Shown here piece after piece: positions 1 to 9,072 of a DNA stretch of 32,000 bases. Position 1 is the first letter of the stretch; each line of letters starts with the position of its first letter. Origin of the DNA: an uncultured Chloroflexia bacterium (GTDB lineage Bacteria; Chloroflexota; Anaerolineae; Anaerolineales; Anaerolineaceae); contig OY969938.1 in NCBI GenBank assembly GCA_963704755.1, positions 4,260,001-4,292,000 on the forward strand, read 5' to 3'. The notes beneath the pieces are model-generated. The model made no database searches and was not told the origin of the DNA. It saw nothing but the letters and a program-made list of their open reading frames with translations. A program made the position numbers and the translations under genes.

Positions 1-1267
1 GACGCGGATAACGGTTCAGCTCAACTCCATCCAGCAGGATAGAGCCGGAGGTGTAGTCGTAGAAACGTGGCAGCAGGTTAACCAGGGTGGTCTTGCCGGA
101 GCCGGTCGACCCGAGCAGGGCGATCGACTGGCCCGGTTCGCATTGAAAGGTAATCTCTTCCAGGGCAACGTTACCCTCGTGATAGGTGAAGCCAACCCGA
201 TCGAAGGCGATTTTCCCATGGACGTTCACATTGGGCAGCATATCCCCTTGGTCCAGGGGTTCACGCTCCTCTTTGATGATATCGAGTACCCGGGAAAAAG
301 AAACCATACCGGTGGACATTTGCACAATCAGCCGGCCCAGGTTGCGCATGGGAAAAATGATCCAAACCACCAGGCCGACGTAGGCCAGGTAGGTTCCGAT
401 GGTGATATCGCCGTTGATCGTCATCAGGGCCGCGACCAGGAACCCGACCAGAACCTGGGCATTACAGATCGTGTCGGTGACCGGCCAGAAAGTGGACTGC
501 ATACGCGTCAGGCGTTTGCCGCGCAGGAACTTCTCCCAGTTGTCTTTGTCGAACTTGTCGATCTCGTACTCCTGGCGGGCAAAGGCTTTCACCACGCGGA
601 TTCCGGAGAGGTTCTCTTGCAGGGTTGTGGAAAGAATCGCGTCTTGTTTCTGGTAATCCTCATAAGCATGGTAGATGCGGCGGAAAAAAAGCAGCGATAC
701 CACCAGCAAGAAGGGAACCACCAGAATACTGACCCAGGCCAGGGTGGGCTTCAGGCTGTAAATGGCAAAGAAGTTAACAATGAAAAGCATAACGATGCGG
801 CCGATGCCTATGGCCTGGTCCGCATAGAAGCGGCGAATCGTATCGACATCGGAGGTGGAGCGCTGGATGAGCTCACCGGTCTCGATACTGGAATGATAGG
901 TAAAGCTGAGGTGCTGGATATGATCGAACAGGTAATTACGTAAGCGCCGGACCACACCTTCAGCGGTCTGGGCAGCCAGGCGGCCACTGGAAAAGGAAAA
1001 AGTGCCTTCGATGGCAGCCAGAAAGACAAACCCTAACCCAATCAAGGGTAACGAAATCGAACGATCCCCTGCGCCCAGGTATTGGTCGATAAAATAGCGC
1101 AGCAGCATAAAGGTTCCGGTCTTGGCTACGGCTGAGACGGCCAGGCTAAGCGTGGCGCCCAGGTATTTAAGCCGAAAACCGGCCATGAACCCCCATAAGC
1201 CTTTCAACCGGTTGGCGTTGAGGGCATTTTTTAAATCGAAATTCAGAACAGCGCTTGAGATAGACAA
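1..1267 (-). CDS. ABC exporter, fused permease + ATPase (MsbA/MdlB type); C-terminal part runs off the window
   Basis: Absent from the ORF track because there is no in-window stop. Own translation of the minus strand from TTG at 1267, with GGAGG at 1276-1280 8 nt upstream. It gives a multi-TM domain (LSISSAVLNFDLKN...RRLRNYLFDHIQHLSFTYH...) then FQCEPGQSIALLGSTGSGKTTLVNLLPRFYD, with the Walker A at about 89-112. ORF 143..943(+) is its antisense shadow. Confidence 0.85.
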   Translation of the reverse strand, partial: MSISSAVLNFDLKNALNANRLKGLWGFMAGFRLKYLGATLSLAVSAVAKTGTFMLLRYFIDQYLGAGDRSISLPLIGLGFVFLAAIEGTFSFSSGRLAAQTAEGVVRRLRNYLFDHIQHLSFTYHSSIETGELIQRSTSDVDTIRRFYADQAIGIGRIVMLFIVNFFAIYSLKPTLAWVSILVVPFLLVVSLLFFRRIYHAYEDYQKQDAILSTTLQENLSGIRVVKAFARQEYEIDKFDKDNWEKFLRGKRLTRMQSTFWPVTDTICNAQVLVGFLVAALMTINGDITIGTYLAYVGLVVWIIFPMRNLGRLIVQMSTGMVSFSRVLDIIKEEREPLDQGDMLPNVNVHGKIAFDRVGFTYHEGNVALEEITFQCEPGQSIALLGSTGSGKTTLVNLLPRFYDYTSGSILLDGVELNRYPR

Positions 1268-1574
1268 GGGAGATTCCTCCAAAAAGGCAGGTCGTGCAGG
1301 TTGAATAAAAGCCGGTGGAATGATGACGGGCGATCCATCATACCACAACCATTTCGACAAAGCCGGCAGGCAGCATAGCGCTCCTGTCCAGCGATCGCTC
1401 GGGGCTGAAAAGACTTTTGGGAAACGATAGGACCTTGTTCCCCGAGACAAAAACGGGCGAAGAAGGCACCCAAATCAGTGAATTTTCAGTTTATGGGCGA
1501 GGGACGAAGGATTTTTATAGGTTCCTCATCGGATGTCCTCGAATTATTTGTCGCGCGAAGGAAAGGATTGTAAA

Positions 1575-2399
1575 TTAGCCGGCCAGGCCGTCTGGCGCCG
1601 GCTGGCAATTTGGGCAGATAAAGCCGCTGGTGCTGCCAGTTTTAATTTTGATGATGGGTGTGCTGCAAACCGGGCAAGGCTGGTTTTCTTTATAGCCGAT
1701 CAAGATGTCGTCCATTGTAAAATGTCCGTTCTGTCCGTGTAAATCGACTTCGTAAAAGGCGCCGCTCTTCTCCAGGCTGGGACGCAGCCCCTTCTGGATC
1801 GCATCGGCCAGACGGTCGACTTCGTCACCCGAGAGAGAGTCCAGTTTCCGGTCGGGGTGCAGTCTGGCTAAAAAAAGGATGTCGTGGATGTAGGCATTCC
1901 CGATACCGGCAATCTTACTCTGGTCCAACAGGAATTGTTTAACCCGCGAGCGCTGGCCTTTGACCAGGGTGCGAAAGGCTTCCTTGCTCAGGTCGATCGC
2001 GTTTGGGCCCAGTTTGGTCGTCTCTTTGTGTTGGGCCAGGCCGTCCTCAGTCACGAAATGGGCATAACCAAACCACCAAAAGTTGATCGTCAAGCAGGAG
2101 TCATCGTCGAAATCAAACACCAGGCGATACTTGGCGGGCATATTCTGGCGGGTGCCCAACAGGATTTCTCCCCCCATTCCCAGGTTGATCAGCAGCCAAC
2201 CCTGGTTGGTGTGAACAAAAATCCATTTTCCATGGTAGGAGACTTCTTCCAGTTTGGCCCCGGTCAACTGGCCAATAAACGCATCGACGGGGATATTCAG
2301 GCATTTTTCCTGCAAAACCTGGATGGCGCGGATGGTTTTTCCGGATAGTTCGGCGTTCATCTGGTGAGCGCGTGTGGCAATTTCAGGTAATTCTGGCAT
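1575..2399 (-). CDS. mutM: Fpg/Nei family DNA glycosylase (formamidopyrimidine-DNA glycosylase-like)
   Basis: N-terminus is MPELPEI (catalytic Pro2), so the start is taken at ATG 2399 rather than the track start 2414; GGAGGTG lies 5 nt upstream. H2TH-like GIGNAYIHDILFLARLHP and a C-terminal zinc finger CPVCSTPI...FICPNCQ are present. Confidence 0.85.
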   Translation of the reverse strand: MPELPEIATRAHQMNAELSGKTIRAIQVLQEKCLNIPVDAFIGQLTGAKLEEVSYHGKWIFVHTNQGWLLINLGMGGEILLGTRQNMPAKYRLVFDFDDDSCLTINFWWFGYAHFVTEDGLAQHKETTKLGPNAIDLSKEAFRTLVKGQRSRVKQFLLDQSKIAGIGNAYIHDILFLARLHPDRKLDSLSGDEVDRLADAIQKGLRPSLEKSGAFYEVDLHGQNGHFTMDDILIGYKENQPCPVCSTPIIKIKTGSTSGFICPNCQPAPDGLAG

Positions 2400-2553
2400 A
2401 GGATCACCTCCCATGAAAAAGTGGTGCCGGTTGAAATGGCATTGTTTAGCCGGTGGGGAACGGCCCTGAAATTGAGGTGTTCGTGAGGATTACTCCTGCG
2501 CAAACACCTTGGATTCGGGAACCCCTTGAAAAAATTATTGTGGTTTCGTTGAG

Positions 2554-2562
2554 ATTATAGCA
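2554..2562 (-). promoter_or_regulatory. possible extended -10 promoter (TGcTATAAT) upstream of fpg
   Basis: The minus strand reads gtttgTGcTATAATctc about 155 nt upstream of the fpg ATG. No convincing -35 was seen. Confidence 0.25.
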
Positions 2563-2606
2563 CAAACGTTCAAAAAGAAAACGAATTTTTTCTTGTGTAT
2601 ACCGGC

Positions 2607-3735
2607 TCAACTATTCAAGGTAACCCATCCATCCAGCGAGGCGCGGTAGAGAGCCCGCTCGAAGTACGTGCCTTCTTCGCGTAACTCATCGTAGCCGGTT
2701 TCGATCAGGGTCTCCATCAGGGGACGGATCTGGCGGGCATAATGGCGCATGCAGGATTCGGGGTGGATGCCCGGCCACGAGTAGCAACTGACGGTCGTAC
2801 GCCGGTGGGTGGTGTCGATTTCAGGTGGGATGGTGCGCATCCACTGGGGGTCATCGGGTTCAAAGATGTACTGGTTGAGATTCCCTTGGGGGATGCCCTC
2901 GATCCCGCGTACGACCGGTGGATCGACGGTGAGGGTATAGGGGTCCACGGCCAGATCAACCACTACGGAATGTTCGGGCAGCCAGGCGATCCAGGAGTTG
3001 GGCACGACTGGCTTGCTCGAGTTCACGCCGTTGGGTTGCGTCCACCAGGATATCGCAGCTCCGGAACAGTTCCTCCATCAAGGCCGGGTTGGTTGAAGTG
3101 TTGCGGCCAACCGTCAAGGCAATTGCGCCGTTTCCGCTGCGCAGAATATGTTCGTTATTGCGTTCGATGTTGCCGAGCTTGGTGGCGGCATCCACGGCAT
3201 GTTTGCCCACCATACCGGTCCCCAGAACCAAGGTCTGGATAGGTTTCCCATCCGGCCGGCACAGATTGGGCCAGCGTTTTTCTAGAACGTCGTAAGCTGT
3301 TTCCAGGCCGTTCCAGGCGACCGCCTTCATGTTTTCCACCATACGGATGTTGTTATCATCGACGACACTGTCCATAGATATGGCCTGGATGCCCAGGTCG
3401 CGCAAGCGGGCAACTCTTAACGGGCGGGTCGGATAGTGCATCATCGAAAACAGGATGGCGCCGCGTTTGAGCATCAGCATTTCATCGGGAGTCGGTGAAC
3501 GCAGGATGATTACCAGGTCTTGGGCAAAGGCAATTTCCCGGCTGGTAGAGTGCACCCGCGGGTTGCCTAACTGGTAATCGTCGAACGTGAAACCGGAACG
3601 GGATCCATACCCTTCTTCGATTTTGACCGTTACGCCCTTTTCGGCGAAAAATTGAATGAACTCGGGCAGGAAGACACGTTTTTCCCCGGGTTCTTTTTGC
3701 ATGCGGGGAAAACCTACGGATTGAATGTTGATCAT
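2607..3735 (-). pseudogene. AlaDH/PNT-family NAD(P)-binding dehydrogenase paralog A (CEOS/saccharopine-DH-like), split by a 1-nt frameshift
   Basis: Track ORFs 2956..3840 (real start MINIQSVGF at ATG 3735, GAGG 6 nt upstream) and 2607..3026 align end to end with the intact neighbour 3901..5046. Shared blocks are EPGEKRVFLPEF / EAGEVRDFLPNL, GxGxxG LGTGMVG / LGGGAVG, ILVDATQR / VLIDATQR, then KPVVPNSWIAW / LPVIPNDWIAF and SCYSWPG in both. The frame changes right after DATQR, around 3020-3045. Confidence 0.8.
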
Positions 3736-3900
3736 GGACAGCCTCAAGAATTGAAAATCTGGCCCATTAGAAAGAGGGACCATTGAAGCGAACTGGCAAT
3801 TCAAAAATACTCGCTTCAGAAAAATTGGACCTGGGCGCACATTATTGTCGCCCTTCGAATCTTTATAAAATTGTCGCGTAAATTTGTTTCGGGTAGAACT

Positions 3901-5046
3901 CTAGTGAATTACACCATTCGCGTGAGGATTCCAATTCGACAGCCTGGCGCGTTGGATAGCCCGGTGGAAAAACGTTCCGGATGAATTGATGTTGCCGATC
4001 CCTTTTGAGATCAGGATGGTTCGCAAGATGGGGGCCAATTGCTTGCCGTAAATATCCATGCATTTGCGCGGGGTAATCCCTGGCCAGGAATAACACGAAA
4101 CGGCATAGCGGCGATTATGGCTGTTGATGCAAACCGGAATATCATTATAAGCCGGATCGTCAGGGGTAAAGGAAAACTTATCCAGGTTCCCGTGGGGGAT
4201 GCCTTCAATCCCTTTGACGGTAAATGGCACTTCGTTACAGTTATACGGATCGACAGACAGGTCTAGCAGTACGGCGTGCGGAGCCATAAAGGCGATCCAA
4301 TCATTGGGGATCACCGGCAGGGAGGGATCTGGCCGTTGGGTAGCGTCGATGAGCACGTCCGTATTGCGTAGCAGGTTCTGCATCACCGGGTAATTGCCGG
4401 TCAAATCGTGGTCCACCACGCTAACCTGCACGCCCGGCACACCGGCTGAGACCATCCGCCGCCAGTAGTTTTCGTCGCCATAGCGGATGGCAGCCTGGAC
4501 GACGTGCATGCCAACGGCGCCGCCGCCCAGCAGAGTCACGCGCAAGGGGGGCCGCTGTGGATTTTCGAACCCGGGATGGGGATAAACGCTGCGCAAGACT
4601 TTGAAAGCAACTTCCACCCCGTTCCAGGCGACCATTTGCAAGTTTTCCACCAGCCGGCGGCCGGTATCATCTTTAAGCGAATCCAGCGATAGCGCCTCAA
4701 TCCCCAGCGATTTCAAAAACTCGACCCGGGTAGGGCGAGTGGGAAAATGCAGCATCGAGATCAGGCAGGCGCCTGGGCGCATCAGCCGGATGAGGCTTTC
4801 GTCAGGGTAGCGTAAAACAATCACGTACTCCTGGCGATAAATTTCTTCCAATGAGGCGAAGCTGATCTGGGGATCGACCTTCAGGTAATCTTCTTCGGTC
4901 AAACCCATACCTGAGCCATAGCCATGTTCGAGGATAACTTTGCCTCCCCATTTTGCAATATGGCCGACTAAATTGGGCAAGAAGTCGCGGACTTCCCCGG
5001 CTTCCATGTGGATACGGCATAGGCCAATAGTGATTTGATCGTTCAT
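3901..5046 (-). CDS. AlaDH/PNT-family NAD(P)-binding dehydrogenase paralog B (intact)
   Basis: 381-aa reading from MNDQITIGL. It has a GE.R.FLP N-terminal motif, an LLGGGAVG Rossmann loop and a C-terminal SCYSWPG block, and is collinear with paralog A. The start at ATG 5046 was chosen by alignment with paralog A. The GGGAG is directly adjacent to the ATG, so the start is uncertain; the track start 5148 lies inside a repeat element. Confidence 0.7.
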   Translation of the reverse strand: MNDQITIGLCRIHMEAGEVRDFLPNLVGHIAKWGGKVILEHGYGSGMGLTEEDYLKVDPQISFASLEEIYRQEYVIVLRYPDESLIRLMRPGACLISMLHFPTRPTRVEFLKSLGIEALSLDSLKDDTGRRLVENLQMVAWNGVEVAFKVLRSVYPHPGFENPQRPPLRVTLLGGGAVGMHVVQAAIRYGDENYWRRMVSAGVPGVQVSVVDHDLTGNYPVMQNLLRNTDVLIDATQRPDPSLPVIPNDWIAFMAPHAVLLDLSVDPYNCNEVPFTVKGIEGIPHGNLDKFSFTPDDPAYNDIPVCINSHNRRYAVSCYSWPGITPRKCMDIYGKQLAPILRTILISKGIGNINSSGTFFHRAIQRARLSNWNPHANGVIH

Positions 5047-5125
5047 CTCCCGGATCCTGTTGGTAATGAATTTCCCCTGGAAATAGTGTATCAAAAACGG
5101 GAGGGAGATGCAAAAATTGCGGCCG

Positions 5126-5187
5126 GTGTTTTTGTGTGCATTGCTCACAAAAACACACTCAAAAACACTTATCCCGAACTGACGTTA
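5126..5187 (+). repeat. partial copy of the GTGTTTTT-hairpin / MITE-like family (one end only)
   Basis: gtgtttttgtg-tgcattgct-cacaaaaacac hairpin followed by actcaaaaacacttatcccgaactgacgtTA. This matches the right halves of the elements at 22739-22854 and 27577-27692 (aaaaacacacYcaaaaacWcttatYccgaa..acgtTA). Confidence 0.6.
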
Positions 5188-5313
5188 CCTTAGAAGCATT
5201 TGTAAAACTAAAATGGTGCAATCGCCGGTAAACTACCCAAAAATGATTGCCAAGAAATTAAGCCAAGGCTATAATTAACTCACTATACTCGTTCCGGAAG
5301 GAGGTTGGTTCAT

Positions 5314-6426
5314 ATGGCAAGCGTTTCATATAGTCATGTATTGAAGAAGTTCGGTGACTTCACTGCCCTCAATGATCTGAATATCCAAATCGAGGACAAA
5401 GAGTTCCTGGTGTTGGTCGGCCCGTCTGGGTGCGGGAAGACGACCGCGCTGCGCTGTTTGGCAGGCTTAGAGGAGGTGACCGATGGCCAGGTTCTAATCG
5501 GGAATAAAGTAGTCAATGACATTCCCCCGAAAGACCGCGACATTGCGATGGTATTCCAGTCATATGCGCTTTATCCGCACATGACGGTTTACGACAATAT
5601 GGCGTTTGGCCTGAAACTGCGCAAGGTTCCCAAGGCGGAAATTCAGAAACGCGTTGAGGAAGCAGCCGGGACGTTGGGCATTGACCACCTCCTCAAGCGT
5701 CGTCCGCGCGAACTTTCCGGCGGCCAGCGCCAGCGTGTGGCCCTGGGTCGGGCAATCGTGCGCGAACCGAAAGTGTTCCTGTTCGATGAGCCGCTCTCGA
5801 ACCTGGATGCAAAACTGCGTGTCCAGACCCGTTCGGAAATCAGCAAACTGCACCTGCGTTTGCAGACCACCTTCATCTATGTGACCCACGACCAGACCGA
5901 AGCCATGACCATGGCAACCCGGATCGCGGTGATGAACAAAGGTGTCCTGCAGCAATTGGATTCACCCCAGAATCTGTATGACCATCCCTCTAACCTGTTC
6001 GTGGCCGGTTTCATCGGTTCTCCGGCAATGAACTTCTTCCCCTGCCACATGCGCAAGGATGGCAATAATCTGTTCGTCGACTCCGGCGAATTTGCCGTCA
6101 AGGTACCCGAAGCAATCGCTTCCACCTTGAATTCCTACGTGGGCAAGGAAATGATTATGGGTGTTCGCCCTGAAGATGTGCACAACCCCGAATTTTCGCC
6201 TTCAGGAATCAACGCGGAGCCTATCGACGCCAAAGTGGATGTGACTGAGTTGATGGGTAATGAAATTTTGCTGCACATGATCTCCGGCGATACGAATTTC
6301 GTCGCCCGGGTCGATCCGCGCACCCGCTTCAGCATTGGCGAAAAAGTTAAGTTGGTGATCAATATGGACAACCTGCACCTGTTCGATCCATCCGCCAACA
6401 AGGAAAACCCGGTCGCCATTCGCTAA
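5314..6426 (+). CDS. msmK: sugar/carbohydrate ABC transporter ATP-binding protein (MalK/UgpC/MsmK family), no adjacent permease or binding-protein genes
   Basis: Walker A GPSGCGKTT, Q-loop VFQSYALYPHMTV, signature LSGGQRQRVALGRA, Walker B VFLFDEPLSNLD, H-loop YVTHDQ and a C-terminal TOBE-like regulatory domain. Start at ATG 5314, with GGAAGGAGG 9 nt upstream. Confidence 0.9.
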   Translation: MASVSYSHVLKKFGDFTALNDLNIQIEDKEFLVLVGPSGCGKTTALRCLAGLEEVTDGQVLIGNKVVNDIPPKDRDIAMVFQSYALYPHMTVYDNMAFGLKLRKVPKAEIQKRVEEAAGTLGIDHLLKRRPRELSGGQRQRVALGRAIVREPKVFLFDEPLSNLDAKLRVQTRSEISKLHLRLQTTFIYVTHDQTEAMTMATRIAVMNKGVLQQLDSPQNLYDHPSNLFVAGFIGSPAMNFFPCHMRKDGNNLFVDSGEFAVKVPEAIASTLNSYVGKEMIMGVRPEDVHNPEFSPSGINAEPIDAKVDVTELMGNEILLHMISGDTNFVARVDPRTRFSIGEKVKLVINMDNLHLFDPSANKENPVAIR

Positions 6427-6450
6427 TTCGAAACTGTTTCGTAAGATTTT

Positions 6451-6484
6451 AAAAGCCCTCCAATCCTGAAGGGCTTTTATTTTG
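6451..6484 (+). terminator. rho-independent terminator after msmK
   Basis: aaaagccct-ccaatcctga-agggctttt followed by a T-run. Confidence 0.7.
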
Positions 6485-6519
6485 GAAGAATGTTAATCGT
6501 TACTGTTCGGACCGGCTTG

Positions 6520-6586
6520 AAAAGAGAGGTGTTTTCTTATTTTTCGCATGTGAAACATGCGAAAAATAAGAAAACACCTCTCTTTT
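6520..6586. repeat. perfect 32-bp inverted repeat with GAA loop (67 bp), between convergent genes
   Basis: aaaagagaggtgttttcttatttttcgcatgt GAA acatgcgaaaaataagaaaacacctctctttt. The arms were verified as exact reverse complements. A/T runs on both sides make it a possible bidirectional terminator. Confidence 0.9.
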
Positions 6587-6591
6587 TTAAT

Positions 6592-7260
6592 CTATCTTAG
6601 TTTTAGCGACCATCGCCGGCCCAGCAAGGCGGACAACAAACCGCATATGGCAGAAAAACCACCCATGAAGATGAATCCGTCCTGCCAGAAGGGCAGGGGG
6701 AACAGGCGGATGAGCGAGTCGGTGTAATAGAATAACCAGGAATCGCCGGTGAAGAAAATACGGTGGAAGTCGGTAAACAGCGCGTCGAAATTGACAAACA
6801 CCATCACCAGTATCAGCGCGATAATACCCAGGGTCAACCAGCCGCCGGAGGAGATGGCCTGCCAGTAATCATCGAGCCACTTTACACCCCAGGAGAGCAG
6901 CCCCATCAGTACCAGGAAGATGCCGAAACCGATCCAGACTTTGAGCGTGGCTTGAACCAGCACTTTGACGTCGTGCATGTAACTCAGTTCGCGTTCGTTA
7001 TACAGAGGGGTACCGTCCGGCATCTGGATATCGCCCAGGTAAGAGATATCGGCGTTATTCAACAGGTACTGGACCGACAAATTGCCGTAGTGCAGGCGGT
7101 CTTCTTTGGTAAAGCCATAAGGATCGGCCGGGAAGCCGGGCAGGTTGTATTCCACGATCAGGAAGAGCGGGTTCAGCAGCAGGCGAACGGCCGTCATGAT
7201 AAAGAAAAAGGGCAGGATGACCGTAATCACGATCATTAAAATCTTGCGGATCAATTTCAT
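6592..7260 (-). CDS. TIGR01906/DUF1461-family integral membrane protein (Lit-like)
   Basis: 222 aa with an N-terminal TM, several C-terminal TMs and a conserved-looking NERELSYMHDVK block typical of DUF1461. The start overlaps the upstream stop in an ATGA at 7257-7260. Confidence 0.6.
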   Translation of the reverse strand: MKLIRKILMIVITVILPFFFIMTAVRLLLNPLFLIVEYNLPGFPADPYGFTKEDRLHYGNLSVQYLLNNADISYLGDIQMPDGTPLYNERELSYMHDVKVLVQATLKVWIGFGIFLVLMGLLSWGVKWLDDYWQAISSGGWLTLGIIALILVMVFVNFDALFTDFHRIFFTGDSWLFYYTDSLIRLFPLPFWQDGFIFMGGFSAICGLLSALLGRRWSLKLR

Positions 7261-8810
7261 TGGAGCATCTCCACGTCACCGGAAAACAGAAAATCGATCA
7301 CCACACCATTCGTGATCCATTCGATCGGGGCTTTGTCGTCGGTAAATACTTCGGCCGGCTTGGGGTCGGGGGCTTTGTTAGTGATGGCGCTGGCCATCGC
7401 TTCCAGAAGCAGGGATGGTGTCTGCGGATCGGAAGCCAGGCGAGTGAAATTGTCGGTCAGGTTGCGGGCGTCGATCGGCTGGACGCTGGCAAACAGGATC
7501 GAATTGAACGAATCGGGCAGGTCCATCACGTACACACTGGGGAAGACGGTCAAGATCGTGCTGCCCAGGGTATCGATCAAACGGCGGTCCTGTGGCCCGC
7601 GCCCAATATTGATCACCATAACGCCGTCTTTGGTGAGGTGGTTGTACACCTGCTGGAAGAACTCCTGGGTAGTCAGGTGCCAGGGGATATAAGGCGGGCG
7701 GTAGGCATCCACCGAGATGACCTGATATTTCTTGTCGGTGTGGTCCAGTGCCCAGCGCCCATCCTGGACGATCACGTTCAGGTTGGGCTCGTTCATGTCG
7801 AAATATTTGCGCCCGATTGCGACGATCTTGGGGTCGATTTCGATCCCGTCGATTTGAATGTTGGGGAAGACCGCGCTGGCCTGGCGAGCAGTGGTACCGG
7901 CGGCCAGCCCAATGATGGCCATGCTTTTGATATCAGCCGGGTTAACCGGGCCGGCATTGAGGAACGGCGCTACCAGCACCTGTTCCCAGGGTCCATCATA
8001 AAAAAGAACCTGCGGGTCATAGACCGAGTGGATGCCCTGGCCGTCGTTTAACCGTAAATAGCGCGTCTGGCCGAATTGGAGCACCTGGATGTAATTGTAG
8101 GCCGAGTCGGTTTCGTAGATCAATCCGGCCGTATCTTTATCTGTCCCGCGGGTACCAAAGATGGCCAGCAGTACCAGGACCACCGGCATCCACAGGTAGG
8201 GAAGCACCTTGCGTGAGCCCGAGGTAATGGCCAGGCCAACCAGGGCGACCACCAGCAGAATGGCGCTGGAGACCAGGAAGGTGCGGTAGGTGCCTACCAG
8301 CGGGATCAACACCAGGACAGGCAGGAAAGTGCCCACAAACGACCCGAGGGTAGAAATCGCGTATATCCGGCCGGAAACGGAACCGGCCGAACGTGAATCG
8401 AGCAGGGCCAGGCGGATGGCGAAAGGAGACGCGGTACCCAACAGGGTGACCGGGATGACAAACAGGATCATCACCGCCAGGAACGAGCCAAGCAAGGGAG
8501 CTAACTGCAAGTTATCGAAGGCGTTGGCTGCCAACTGGAGGATCGGGCGGGAGATCATCGGGACCAGCCCGATGGTGAAGCCGCCCCAGACCAGGATCCG
8601 GAAGAACGTGCTTATTTTGGGTGAACGGTCGGCCCAATAGCCCCCTAAAAAGTAGCCGGCCGTGAGATAAATCAGGATCAGGCCGATGATGCTGGCCCAA
8701 ATCATGTTGCTGGTGCCGAAATAATTCCCTAACAATCGGGAGGCAGCCATTTCCACTGCCAGCGAGGCCATTCCAGAAAAGAAGACAGCGATGTAGAGCC
8801 ATTTGCGCAT
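7257..8810 (-). CDS. fused polytopic membrane domain / spermidine-synthase-like methyltransferase-fold protein
   Basis: N-terminal MRKWLYIAVFFSGMASLAVEMAASRLL plus about 7 TMs. The C-terminal half has IIGLAAGTTARQ...IDGIEIDPKIV...VISVDAYRPPYIPWHLTTQEFF...DGVMVINI (a SpeE-like fold). Start set at ATG 8810, not the track start 8891. Confidence 0.75.
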   Translation of the reverse strand: MRKWLYIAVFFSGMASLAVEMAASRLLGNYFGTSNMIWASIIGLILIYLTAGYFLGGYWADRSPKISTFFRILVWGGFTIGLVPMISRPILQLAANAFDNLQLAPLLGSFLAVMILFVIPVTLLGTASPFAIRLALLDSRSAGSVSGRIYAISTLGSFVGTFLPVLVLIPLVGTYRTFLVSSAILLVVALVGLAITSGSRKVLPYLWMPVVLVLLAIFGTRGTDKDTAGLIYETDSAYNYIQVLQFGQTRYLRLNDGQGIHSVYDPQVLFYDGPWEQVLVAPFLNAGPVNPADIKSMAIIGLAAGTTARQASAVFPNIQIDGIEIDPKIVAIGRKYFDMNEPNLNVIVQDGRWALDHTDKKYQVISVDAYRPPYIPWHLTTQEFFQQVYNHLTKDGVMVINIGRGPQDRRLIDTLGSTILTVFPSVYVMDLPDSFNSILFASVQPIDARNLTDNFTRLASDPQTPSLLLEAMASAITNKAPDPKPAEVFTDDKAPIEWITNGVVIDFLFSGDVEMLQ

Positions 8811-8816
8811 GCACGA

Positions 8817-8822
8817 ATTATA
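8817..8822 (-). promoter_or_regulatory. TATAAT box 6 nt upstream of ATG 8810 (possible leaderless transcript)
   Basis: The minus strand reads cttacgaTATAATtcgtgcATG. There is no Shine-Dalgarno sequence in between. Confidence 0.3.
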
Positions 8823-9072
8823 TCGTAAGAAGGGGGTCACAACGGTCGAAGTATAATTAAACCGTAGCAGCACCCGGTCATCAGTGAGCACTTTTTGGTT
8901 TGATGTATTTGGGAATGGCTCGCTGCCAATAACCTTTCAAATTTGGGCTTGACCAGATGTGTTGAGTGTTCGTTTCGGGTGGCGCAGCCCATCGAGATAA
9001 ATCCTCAAACCAATTTTGGTTAGCCTTCCGGAAAAGAAAAAATTCCGCCCAGTGAGGAAACGAGGAAATAAC

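Noticed and set aside
143-943. A 266-aa plus-strand ORF and other long ORFs antisense to real genes (for example 9127..10086, 16153..17109, 1884..2348, 21314..21832).
   Set aside because: Their compositions are low-complexity and rich in Gly, Arg, Gln and His. They lie exactly opposite genes with strong family motifs (ABC exporter, nnr, mfd, fpg, uvrB). These are typical GC-rich shadow ORFs.
1268-1574. The 300-nt untranslated region upstream of the ABC exporter, as a possible riboswitch or leader.
   Set aside because: I found only a short ATGATG/CATCAT stem and no motif matching any riboswitch class I can recall. There is nothing to support beyond its length.
3015-3045. Programmed ribosomal frameshifting as an explanation for the split genes (this site, 10150, 24226, 25995).
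   Set aside because: No slippery heptamer or downstream pseudoknot is evident. Both directions of shift occur, and seven unrelated genes in one window are affected. Indel error or decay is far more likely.
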